64,000 bases of DNA from Nitrososphaeraceae archaeon (GTDB lineage Archaea > Thermoproteota > Nitrososphaeria > Nitrososphaerales > Nitrososphaeraceae): contig JBIOZG010000002.1 in NCBI GenBank assembly GCA_044870765.1, forward strand, positions 1-64,000, written 5' to 3'. Positions within the stretch are counted from its first letter, which is position 1. Each line of letters begins with the position of its first letter. The notes under the pieces are model-generated. The model was not told where the DNA came from. It saw only the letters and a program-made list of their open reading frames with translations, and made no database searches. This document shows positions 31,415-40,323 of this stretch, piece after piece. Position numbers and translations under genes: made by a program.

Positions 31415-31564
31415 ATGTCCAAGCTAGTTTCTTCAAACGGATATAAGGTAAATAAGAAAATACTAGAATATCAGTGTGGTTGCAAATATTCTTTCCAGGA
31501 CTACACAAAACTTGAACATGTATGTTTCACACATGAAAATGAACTAATTGCACAGTGTGGCTAG
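31415..31564 (+). CDS. Cys/His microprotein, 49 aa (not in ORF track)
   Basis: MSKLVSSNGYKVNKKILEYQCGCKYSFQDYTKLEHVCFTHENELIAQCG; TATA-like GATATA about 25 bp upstream. Confidence 0.5.
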   Translation: MSKLVSSNGYKVNKKILEYQCGCKYSFQDYTKLEHVCFTHENELIAQCG

Positions 31565-31635
31565 GAACAGAAATACTGCAATAAATCAAGTTCAATTTAA
31601 TAAATTTTAGAATTCTCACTTTTATCGCTGTTAGT

Positions 31636-31682
31636 GCGACGGGAGTGGGACTCGAACCCTTCTATTATGCTCTCGGAGTCAT
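31636..31682 (-). repeat. att-like copy of tRNA-Ser 3' end plus shared arm (copy A)
   Basis: GCGACGGGAGTGGGACTCGAACCC matches 35177-35200 at 23/24, followed by TTCTATTATGCTCTCGGAGTCAT. Confidence 0.85.
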
Positions 31683-31768
31683 AGTATTTTAATAAATGAA
31701 TACTTGCCATCACACGTCAGCCGTATTATAGGCGAAAATATCAAAAAAATTGTAAAGAGGATAGTTAG

Positions 31769-32011
31769 TTACTTTGTTCCTATCGCTTCTTTAATTTTTT
31801 CGCTGATGTTACCTAATATTCCACCTATTTTTTGACCCGCTTCACCAGTCTTATTCGTAATATTTCCTGCAGTCTCATTTGCACTTGCACTGGCATTTCC
31901 CATGGCGTTTGAAGCGTTAGTCGTCACATTTTGAGCATTAGCCACTGACACAGTAATCAGTGCAAATGCCAACACAAGCGTCACACTTCCAAAATACAAT
32001 GTTTTTTTCAT
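31769..32011 (-). CDS. Small secreted protein rich in N-glycosylation sequons
   Basis: Signal peptide ending ANA; NVT, NAS, NAS, NET, NIT, NKT, NIS. Confidence 0.75.
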   Translation of the reverse strand: MKKTLYFGSVTLVLAFALITVSVANAQNVTTNASNAMGNASASANETAGNITNKTGEAGQKIGGILGNISEKIKEAIGTK

Positions 32012-32510
32012 TATACACTGATTGGCAACGCTGCTTTAATAGTGTATAGCCTGACTTTGTTAAACTTGCACCCTTAAGTCGTACTCGAGGTCACGGAACA
32101 TTATACAATTTTGAAATTCTTATTCTGATAAAACCCCAAGGGTACCTAATGGGGTCGAATCCACTCCATGCTTATTTATTAGAAATTAGCGATTGATTAA
32201 ATAGACAATATTTAAGTTTATAGAGCAAGCAGGTTATATTCTTGTTACCGCAGGACTACTCTAAACAGAAGTACGTACCAAAAAATAAGTTTTAGTAACG
32301 TTGTTAATTCATGTGCTCTTGTTTTAAACCATATACCACCATATCAGAACACAATAATATTCTTTTTTCTGAATTTTTTGGAGTAAGAAATAGAAAAAGA
32401 CAATGTTTGCTCAGTCCTAACATGAGTAACATATTATAACCATGTGATTCTATAGATTCATCCAGAGATATAAATTTGGGAGGATATAAATCTCATATTA
32501 GTAACTTGAA

Positions 32511-33209
32511 TTGAATCAAATCTCATCATATGCTGAGACTTTTAGGTTGTATAAAGGAATATCAGAGCAATATAACGACCAGGTAATTTTGGATTCTGTC
32601 AAAAAATTAGTACCAGATAAGATACTAAAATTAACCGCCGACGAGCAATCTTTGGAGCCACTCTTAGATTGGTTCAAAAATAATTTTATGAGGTGGATGC
32701 CAAAAGAACTACAATGTCCAAGATGTAATAGACCAATGAGGGTTCAACTTGCAGATGACAATTCAGGAACATTTCGAAAAACAGAAATTCACATGTGTGA
32801 CGTATGTAGTTCAACCCAAATATTTCCACGATATGACAAAATACTGAGGATTGCAGAAACAAGAATCGGTAGGTGTAGTGAATGGTCAATACTCTTTGGT
32901 GCTATTGTAAATTCGTTATTAATTCAAACTAGAATAGTACACGATTATCTTGACCATTGCTGGAACGAATCTTTGATAAATAAAAAATGGGTACATATTG
33001 ACTCAACTTTAGACTATCCTATTTCTTTTGACCATCCTTACTATTATGAGCAAAATTGGGGAAAGAAGTATGAGTATGTATTAGCATTCTCCGCTAATAA
33101 TTTAGAGGACGTTACTACACATTATACTCAACAGTGGCTTATGGTTCAGAAAAGAAGAGGAAAGAAAGATAAAATAGAAGAATTCAAAGAGATTTATTAC
33201 AGAGCATAA
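32511..33209 (+). CDS. Peptide:N-glycanase (Png1/NGLY1)-like transglutaminase-fold protein
   Basis: LLDWFKNNFMRW, CPRC..CDVC, FPRY, TRIGRCSEW, DHCWNE, WVHID, YEQNWGKK, AFS, DVT. Confidence 0.85.
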   Translation: MNQISSYAETFRLYKGISEQYNDQVILDSVKKLVPDKILKLTADEQSLEPLLDWFKNNFMRWMPKELQCPRCNRPMRVQLADDNSGTFRKTEIHMCDVCSSTQIFPRYDKILRIAETRIGRCSEWSILFGAIVNSLLIQTRIVHDYLDHCWNESLINKKWVHIDSTLDYPISFDHPYYYEQNWGKKYEYVLAFSANNLEDVTTHYTQQWLMVQKRRGKKDKIEEFKEIYYRA

Positions 33210-33312
33210 ATCTGCGAAATCATCAATGTGCAAGCCAGCTCAGTCTGTAACCTTAATTATCATTTCTTTAAACAGTCATTAACTTTTCTTGAATCTTAAA
33301 GATTTATACTGT

Positions 33313-33344
33313 GAGTGGGACTCGAATCCTTCCATTATGGTCTC
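33313..33344 (-). repeat. att-like copy of tRNA-Ser 3' end plus shared arm (copy B)
   Basis: GAGTGGGACTCGAATCCTTCCATTATGGTCTC, 29/32 identical to copy A. Confidence 0.8.
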
Positions 33345-33392
33345 AAAACCTCTTAGACAATACTTATTTCATATGTCTTCATTTCTGAGTAT

Positions 33393-34991
33393 ATGTCCAA
33401 GGTTGTCAGACAAATAAAAGAAGAGGCAGGTCAAAATTTTCCTAAAGATACAAAACGAGCAGTGATATTTCAGGGAGGTGGAGCCATAGGAGCATATGCA
33501 GCCGGAGTGTATGCGGCTCTTTATTATTGGATGAAGAAGGATATTACAGATGCCGAAAATGTCTTTGATATAGTTGCAGGAGCTTCTGCGGGTGCCATTA
33601 ACGCTTCAATTATTGTTGGCCATGTAATGGCCAGTAAGAGTAAAAAAGTTCAGCGATGGGAAGGTTCAGTAAATAAGCTTCTAGACTTTTGGAGTTTTAT
33701 CTCTTCATCGCCCAATTTCACCAAATGGAAACCATTTTTCAGTTACTTTTGGCCTTTTTTTGGAAACGAGAAGTACTGGATTACAGTTTGGGACAACGCA
33801 AATTTTGGAAATGTTGCATCAGGTGAAGCCGCAAGGAGATATTACTCATCTAAAGAATACCTTTACAGTGGGGCACCCAACGTCTTTTCATATCAAACAA
33901 ATGAAATTGACGACAGGTTTTTCGACAATATTTGGCCAGTTACGAATGATTGGTATCGATATGACAATAACGCACTGAAAGAAAGTATTCAAGGATACGC
34001 CGATTTTCCTATAAAAACAAGTCCAGATGCAGGTGACCCAAGATTACTAATAGTAACTGTAGACGTTGAAGAAGGAGAGCAAGTAACCTTCGACAGTCAT
34101 TCGGATAATGTGGGATTTGGGTATACTGAGAAGGGTGAAAAAAAATATTCTATAGAATATAGAAAAGGTCTGATGGTAGAACATATAATGGCCAGCTCTT
34201 CGGTTCCAGTACATTACGATTATGCGTTAGTACCAGTGAAGTATGATTATACCAAACTTGGAGAATCAGAACCAAAATCAAAAAACATTGATTTCCATAA
34301 TGGAAAGTACCGAAGATTTTGGGATGGTGGTATATTGAGTAATACTCCCCTAAGAGAAGTCATTCAGGCGCACCAGGATTTGAAGGAAGGCAATATTCCG
34401 CCACCATCCTTGAAAGTGTATATTGTAGACGTTTGGCCTTCTGTGAAACATTATCCAATTGCATCAGACCATGATGGAGTAATAAATAGAAAGAACGACT
34501 TGATATATCAGGATAAAACATTTTATGAGGAAAAAGTAACTCATCTTATATCGGACTATAAGAGCTTGGTCGAAGAATTTCGCAAATTAGCAGAAAAAAA
34601 TAATCTTCAAACTCAAATTAATGACATTCTTATTATGAGTGCCCCCAGAAGTAGAAAAAGAGATGGGTCGACTAGAACCTATGGGGAATTAATCGAAACT
34701 GTATTTGATATCGATATAACAAGAATTGAAAGAACTCCTAACGAGAATGAAATCTCCTTTAAATGGTGTGATTACTCTGTACAAACTATTGACAATCTAA
34801 TAAATCAAGGAATCAAAGATACCCTGAATGTGATGATTGAGGAATCCTTACAGAGAAATAATCAAGAGAAATCAATGGCAAAGAAGGAAATACGCGCATT
34901 TATAAATTCAGTAGAGGACGAGAAACAAATACAACAATTGGATAAACGATATGCGATATTACTAATTGATGAAGCTGATGCTATATTGTGA
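33393..34991 (+). CDS. Patatin-like phospholipase
   Basis: FQGGGAIG, GASAG, ASSSVP, WDGGILSNTP. Confidence 0.92.
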   Translation: MSKVVRQIKEEAGQNFPKDTKRAVIFQGGGAIGAYAAGVYAALYYWMKKDITDAENVFDIVAGASAGAINASIIVGHVMASKSKKVQRWEGSVNKLLDFWSFISSSPNFTKWKPFFSYFWPFFGNEKYWITVWDNANFGNVASGEAARRYYSSKEYLYSGAPNVFSYQTNEIDDRFFDNIWPVTNDWYRYDNNALKESIQGYADFPIKTSPDAGDPRLLIVTVDVEEGEQVTFDSHSDNVGFGYTEKGEKKYSIEYRKGLMVEHIMASSSVPVHYDYALVPVKYDYTKLGESEPKSKNIDFHNGKYRRFWDGGILSNTPLREVIQAHQDLKEGNIPPPSLKVYIVDVWPSVKHYPIASDHDGVINRKNDLIYQDKTFYEEKVTHLISDYKSLVEEFRKLAEKNNLQTQINDILIMSAPRSRKRDGSTRTYGELIETVFDIDITRIERTPNENEISFKWCDYSVQTIDNLINQGIKDTLNVMIEESLQRNNQEKSMAKKEIRAFINSVEDEKQIQQLDKRYAILLIDEADAIL

Positions 34992-35043
34992 TTTGCGAGG
35001 GATTTACATTGCAGATTCAATCATAAAACGCGAAAGTGGCAAA

Positions 35044-35079
35044 GGGACTCGAACCCCTATATCATGCTCTTGTAATCAT
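35044..35079 (-). repeat. att-like copy of tRNA-Ser T-arm plus shared arm (copy C)
   Basis: GGGACTCGAACCCCTATATCATGCTCTTGTAATCAT aligns ungapped to copy A GGGACTCGAACCCTTCTATTATGCTCTCGGAGTCAT. Confidence 0.75.
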
Positions 35080-35177
35080 TACCCTTTAAGAGTTGATAAC
35101 ATAAAATAGCTTTCCTCTTGAGAAAGAAATAGAGCGCTATGCATCTATAAGGCTTCTGCCAGAACAGGAGACTATAG

Positions 35178-35306
35178 CGCCGGGAGTGGGACTCGAACCC
35201 ACGAGTTCTTGCGAACATCAGCTTGCGCATCGGTTTTGGTAATTTTGATCTCGAGGCTGACCCCTTTTAGGGAATCATATATCTTACCTAGCTTGGGTAC
35301 CCCGGC
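35178..35306 (-). tRNA. tRNA-Ser(CGA) with two introns (D-loop about 35266-35284; canonical 37/38 about 35224-35249)
   Basis: Spliced: GCCGGGG TA CCCAAGCTAGGTAAGGG G TCAGC CT CGA GA GCTGA, long variable arm, GTGGG TTCGAGT CCCAC TCCCGGC G; 84 nt. Confidence 0.88.
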
Positions 35307-35410
35307 AATGGATTTAGTATTGATAATCTTTATAATTCTATAAATATTGAGCCCTTGACTATTTATAAACATCAAAAATTATATAATCATCAATTCATCA
35401 ATTCCATCCT

Positions 35411-35848
35411 ATGCTGGCATCCACTGAAATAAAACCCCCATCTCCAAGTCAATTAAAAACACTAACTTTAACAGAACTGGTAATAATGAATAAATTGTCA
35501 GTCTCTATGAGAGAACAGATTAAGAAATATGTTCAAATTGATCCATTTACTACACGTGATCCATTGGAGGAAAAAGATGATTATGAATATTCTGTGATTC
35601 TAGACAAAAACAATACAAACAGGATAATCTCCATAGTTGCCATAAGCAAAGACACTAGCGTTCAATTGCCTTGGGATTCCATACTTGGAAATTACTTAGT
35701 ACGGCTATCGATAGCAAAGGCAGAAGCTGCTTTATTAAAGTATGAATTAATGCCAAAAGATACTAACAATTTCTACCCTTTTAGACAATCTGCAAAAATA
35801 GTTGGATATATTACGTTTGCATTTCAAATATGCGGTTTACATCAGTAA
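35411..35848 (+). CDS. Hypothetical protein
   Basis: 145 aa ORF with ATG start and upstream TATA-like sequence. Confidence 0.65.
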   Translation: MLASTEIKPPSPSQLKTLTLTELVIMNKLSVSMREQIKKYVQIDPFTTRDPLEEKDDYEYSVILDKNNTNRIISIVAISKDTSVQLPWDSILGNYLVRLSIAKAEAALLKYELMPKDTNNFYPFRQSAKIVGYITFAFQICGLHQ

Positions 35849-35891
35849 CTCTCAGCATACAGAACATTGAATTACACATCAAGATAATTTA

Positions 35892-36701
35892 ATGTACAGT
35901 ATTGAAATTTTATGTATTGGCAATGAGTTACTTTCTGGAATTACCTTAAACACGAATGCTCATTGGTTATCAAAAAAAATTACTAGAATTGGTGGATTCG
36001 TAAGAAAGGTCACTGTAATCAGAGATGACCTGGATGAAATCAATTTGGCATTAACAGATTCTCTTAAAAGAAAACCTAGTTGGATAATTGTTTGTGGGGG
36101 ATTGGGTCCAACGTATGACGATAAAACATTACTAGGAATTGGTAAAGTATTGAAAAAAAATTTAGTTTTGAACAATATCGCACTGGATATGGTAAAAAAA
36201 AGTTATAATGACAGGCACCAGAAGGTGAAATTAAATAAAGCAAGATTGAAGATGGCGAAAATTCCAGTCGGATCGACTCCAATTCAGAATCCTGTAGGAA
36301 ATGCCCCTGCCGTATTACTTTCTGTTAACAAAACACGGATAATATGCTTACCAGGCGTTCCAAATGAAATGAAGGCAATAGTCTTAAGAAGCATTTTACC
36401 CCCAATTAAAGAGGAAATAGGCAATTTTACAATAGCCGAGATTAATTACTTTGTCCAGGGCATTAGTGAGGCTATGATTTCGTCAAGGTTGACAAAAATA
36501 GTTGCATCTGCACCAAATGACAAACTTTATCTAAAAACCCATCCACAGGGTTACGTCAATAATAATATCCCAATGATACGAATTCAAATTGTTTCAAAGG
36601 GGACCAAAAAAGATCAAGTTGCCCGCCTGCTTGAAAAAGTTTCAAGTCAGCTCTCTACAACAATTCGAAAAAATAATGGAAAAATACTCAAAATAATATA
36701 A
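35892..36701 (+). CDS. CinA-like molybdopterin-binding-domain protein
   Basis: IGNELLSG..NTN, GGLGPTYDDKT, NPVGNAP, LPGVPNEM. Confidence 0.9.
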   Translation: MYSIEILCIGNELLSGITLNTNAHWLSKKITRIGGFVRKVTVIRDDLDEINLALTDSLKRKPSWIIVCGGLGPTYDDKTLLGIGKVLKKNLVLNNIALDMVKKSYNDRHQKVKLNKARLKMAKIPVGSTPIQNPVGNAPAVLLSVNKTRIICLPGVPNEMKAIVLRSILPPIKEEIGNFTIAEINYFVQGISEAMISSRLTKIVASAPNDKLYLKTHPQGYVNNNIPMIRIQIVSKGTKKDQVARLLEKVSSQLSTTIRKNNGKILKII

Positions 36702-36840
36702 TACGCCGGCCGTAAGTAAACTCATTAGATTTAGATTAAATAATAATCTAGCGTCATAACAGTTTTAACTAATTTTTAGAAATTTACTTTAAATAGCAAT
36801 ACTATAATTAGTATTATAGCATAATAGGAGTGAACAATTA

Positions 36841-37890
36841 TTGACAAACAAAAATATCACCCTTAATCCAGAAAGGATACTTTCTCAAACATTAGATGAA
36901 TTGCGAATAACCGATAATAAAATAAAACAGAATACTTCGTCATTAATGAAAAATCTGGCTACTTCTGACAGCGACGAATTTTGGATAAATATTATGAAAG
37001 CAATAGTTGTGACATGCGACGAAAATAATTATATTTTTTCAAAAGCCGAACTCTGTGACTTTCTAACGATTGGAGCAAGAGGTTTGGATAGTAGAAAATA
37101 CGAAACCAAAGTGAATTCTGAAAACCAGTTAATGAATAAGGTGGTCAGTGATGCTATCTTTAGTATATACAAAGATATAATGGAGAATTATGAAACTGTC
37201 GATGACGACCATAGAAACTATTATCCAAAAATTATTTTGAATGTTATTTCAATAATTAGAAGAGGTCATGATATTAGGGGAGAAAAGGTAAATCTCTTTG
37301 GATTGGAAAGATATTATCTGAAAAACAAGCACGATGCCATGAATAATAAATTAGATGTGTCTGGACCATCAGTTGCTATAGTTGAGGACTTGCAAAATAC
37401 CATCATTATCGATGAGAAAAAATCAAATGATACTAACTCCCTGCAGACCTCGCCTACTATACTGAAGGAAAATACTCTAAGCAAGAAAGACCTTGTCAAT
37501 AGCCTTAGTGTTATTACGGGTAGGAAAAAAAATGAACTGAATGAATTGCTTACAAAGATACCAGAACAAGACTACAAGAAAATAACTGATTTGTGTATAA
37601 ATTATAGTAAATTACAAAAATATTCAAAACTTATCGGAACGGCAGAGTTTAGTCATCAAATTGAAAAAGAATTGGGAAGAAAATTAAATGAAAGACAGCT
37701 GCAACACGCAACAATTTCGATTAGAAAAGTAAAGACTTATGTGGAGAATGTGTTGGACGGTAAATTCATTCCACATGGTTCGCATGGGATAAATCATGTG
37801 AAACACAATTTAGAGTACGGATATCAGTTAATGGGACTAATTGAGTACAGAAGAAGAAAGTATTCTCAATCATACGATAAGAATTCTTAA
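36841..37890 (+). CDS. Hypothetical protein ending in the first helix of a possible HD domain
   Basis: 349 aa ORF; C-terminal HGSHGINHVKHNLEY. Confidence 0.6.
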   Translation: MTNKNITLNPERILSQTLDELRITDNKIKQNTSSLMKNLATSDSDEFWINIMKAIVVTCDENNYIFSKAELCDFLTIGARGLDSRKYETKVNSENQLMNKVVSDAIFSIYKDIMENYETVDDDHRNYYPKIILNVISIIRRGHDIRGEKVNLFGLERYYLKNKHDAMNNKLDVSGPSVAIVEDLQNTIIIDEKKSNDTNSLQTSPTILKENTLSKKDLVNSLSVITGRKKNELNELLTKIPEQDYKKITDLCINYSKLQKYSKLIGTAEFSHQIEKELGRKLNERQLQHATISIRKVKTYVENVLDGKFIPHGSHGINHVKHNLEYGYQLMGLIEYRRRKYSQSYDKNS

Positions 37891-37927
37891 ATTTAGACTA
37901 GACAAATTTGGAACCAGAATTCCCAAA

Positions 37928-38209
37928 TTATGAGGTTTGATCTTTTGGGGATATCTTGTGTTTTCTTGCCATAAATAATAACAAGATCCCAAATAATATC
38001 AAAACTATCGCAAGACCCTGAGCTCCTCCTCTTGGGATCATGACAATGTAAAATAACGCAAATAAAAGACAACTTACACCCTGGAAAAAATACTTCAGTG
38101 CTTCATCTAGATTAAATTTCCTTCCTACAAAACCTATTGCAAAAAATGAAATTATAGGATAAATCGTGAGTAGGATATACGTGTCGATATCGATTCCATT
38201 GTGAGGCAA
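37928..38209 (-). CDS. Small membrane protein
   Basis: Three hydrophobic helices in 93 aa. Confidence 0.7.
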   Translation of the reverse strand: MPHNGIDIDTYILLTIYPIISFFAIGFVGRKFNLDEALKYFFQGVSCLLFALFYIVMIPRGGAQGLAIVLILFGILLLFMARKHKISPKDQTS

Positions 38210-38248
38210 GAAGACTTACTATTCAAGAAAATAAACAAGAACAAATAT

Positions 38249-38893
38249 CTATGTTTCCTTAACGTGAAATCTTGAATCATTTATTTCAATTGCAATTTTT
38301 CTTTCGATTAAAGATCTTGCATTTTCAAAGGGTAATATCGCAATATCCTCTTTAATGAATGGACCATATTTTGCCATATCAACTCCCATGAACTGATCAG
38401 TAGACTCTAAAAATCTGATTATAATCATTTTGGATCTTATGATTCTTGATATTGTATCTAAATTGTTCACATTTCCGCCAATTAAAGACTGTATGATAAG
38501 TTCCCTTCTTTGTGTAACTTTTCTTTCTTCTTCAAAAATAAACTTCTCTTCATCAGTTAATTTTGAATAGTCATCGCTAGACAATAATGAAGGATATGAC
38601 AGATGTTGACCGTTAGAACTTTCTAAGAGCTTTCGGATTCTTAATTCAAACAATGATTTTGTAGATAGTGTTAGTAATTTAATGAGTTCATGATGTACAT
38701 CCAATTCCAAGTCTTCATATTTTTGGATCGAAAGGTCCCTGATTATTTGTGCAATTTTTCTATAAGTGTCAGGTGATATGGCTTGGATATTGGGAATCTG
38801 CGTTTCTTTTTTTAAAAGTTCCAGTATAAACTCCAAGCCGATCATATTTTCGGAATTATTCTTGTTGTTGCTATTATCATCTATACTTGGCAA
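38249..38893 (-). CDS. GINS complex subunit Gins51 (Gins15)
   Basis: A-domain (LRIRKL, LTDEEK) followed by B-domain IRFLESTDQFMGVDMAKYGPFIKEDIAILPFENA. Confidence 0.85.
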   Translation of the reverse strand: MPSIDDNSNNKNNSENMIGLEFILELLKKETQIPNIQAISPDTYRKIAQIIRDLSIQKYEDLELDVHHELIKLLTLSTKSLFELRIRKLLESSNGQHLSYPSLLSSDDYSKLTDEEKFIFEEERKVTQRRELIIQSLIGGNVNNLDTISRIIRSKMIIIRFLESTDQFMGVDMAKYGPFIKEDIAILPFENARSLIERKIAIEINDSRFHVKET

Positions 38894-38979
38894 TAATTTC
38901 TACCCTTTTGGTAATTTGTATTTAAATACCAGTTAAGTAATTAACTTTTATATTAAAACGGGTTCTTAGTTTATCATAC

Positions 38980-39126
38980 GGCCCTCTGATCCCGCTGTTC
39001 ATAGTAATTGATTAGACATTCGTATAAGTTTTAAATAAGAACTTGGCACGTACCAAAACGCCTATCTTGAATTCATTGTTTAGGATTGGCGTTGGTTGGT
39101 GCTTTCTTTCACCGGATAAGGATTAG
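38980..39126 (+). ncRNA. Candidate structured non-coding RNA, family unknown
   Basis: TATA-like TTTTATA at 38946; long hairpin 39052-39100 with G-U pairs on + strand; CTGATCC (38986) can pair with GGATTAG (39120). Confidence 0.4.
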
Positions 39127-39178
39127 AAAAGTAAATTTAGTATATCCCAAACCATCAAATCCTATCGGCGTTATTAAT

Positions 39179-39481
39179 TTATATTTTAATGTGCCGTGAG
39201 GGATTTCTAGGTTCTTTCCATATTTTTCGTCGTTTTATTTTCGTTAGCGCATATTTCAAAATAACCATTTGATCCGTTAACCCATTCTTTTTCCAAACCC
39301 GTTTATAGACAACAAGCGATATCAGATACCACATTATGGAGTTAACAATTATGGTCACAACGAAGCCTAAGAAGTAAGACATTATTATTCCAGTTATTGT
39401 ACCACCTATTAGAAACGGAACTTGCCGTTTAATAGCGGACATTACCTCATGATTCATACTATAATAACTAATACACAACAT
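39179..39481 (-). CDS. Small membrane protein
   Basis: Two hydrophobic helices and basic tail. Confidence 0.6.
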   Translation of the reverse strand: MLCISYYSMNHEVMSAIKRQVPFLIGGTITGIIMSYFLGFVVTIIVNSIMWYLISLVVYKRVWKKNGLTDQMVILKYALTKIKRRKIWKEPRNPSRHIKI

Positions 39482-39616
39482 GTCTTAATAGGAAGATTTC
39501 AGATTAGTGCGATAATTTCTAACTTTCCTAGGTCCCGAATCTTATACGAATTACGTTACTTTGAGAAAGAATAGAAACGCGGTGATACCTACGTCAGAAA
39601 ATAAAAGGGTCGTCAC

Positions 39617-40102
39617 TTACGCGGACGCGGCGTTGTCTTTTGCCAACTTAGTGCATAGACTTAAATGTCTTTTTTCTTCGCTGAGAATAGATCTTACTTT
39701 CGTTCCGAACTTTTTATTTTTAACCTCTTTCGAAACCGAATTCAACACTTCATAATGCGTAACTTCAGCACCTTCTGCCAAACAAAGGAACTCTAGAGCC
39801 TCTTGAGTATTAGGTTCATCACCTAGATATGTTTTCATCATTTTTGAAGCCTTCTCTGCAGTCTCTTCGGCTTTCTCATCTATAGTTTCTTGATCAAAGC
39901 CGTAGCTCTCTACAAGATCTTTCACGATATCTTGCATTTCCTCTTCTTGCTGACTTGCTTCCTCTCTCATTTTCGATAACTTCTTCATGTGTTCTGGTTT
40001 CAGTAAACCCCTTGTATCCAAATCCTTTACAGCCTTCTGTGCTGCTTTTTCCAATCCCAAAGCTTCACCTATTTTTTCTTGTATCATTTCTTGATCTGCC
40101 AT
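39617..40102 (-). CDS. Ferritin-like four-helix-bundle protein (DUF892/YciF-like)
   Basis: EALGLEKAAQ, EGAEVTHYEVL, EEKRH; start at MADQEM preferred to ORF-track start 40222. Confidence 0.75.
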   Translation of the reverse strand: MADQEMIQEKIGEALGLEKAAQKAVKDLDTRGLLKPEHMKKLSKMREEASQQEEEMQDIVKDLVESYGFDQETIDEKAEETAEKASKMMKTYLGDEPNTQEALEFLCLAEGAEVTHYEVLNSVSKEVKNKKFGTKVRSILSEEKRHLSLCTKLAKDNAASA

Positions 40103-40323
40103 ACTAAAGTAATGCACATCATGTCTTAATACAAGGTAACAAGTTGCCGAATCAATCTGTAATATTAGACAATAAATTATGTAATTTGGACGGGATCTTC
40201 TACCAAGTATATAGATCAACAAAAAAATTGGGAAAGGAGTTTGTTGGGGTTACCAGAAATAGTAAATCTCCGAAAGTTACACCACGTTTGAAGCGTTAAA
40301 TAACTTGTTGTAGTGAGTTTATC

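Noticed and set aside
33393-34991. Patatin as a CBASS CapV effector
   Set aside because: No CD-NTase or other CBASS gene nearby
31636-35079. Recurring 30-45 bp repeats as a CRISPR array
   Set aside because: Spacing is kilobases, the repeats derive from a tRNA 3' end, and no cas genes are present
35172-35375. 67-aa ORF in the ORF track
   Set aside because: Overlaps tRNA-Ser on the same strand; spurious
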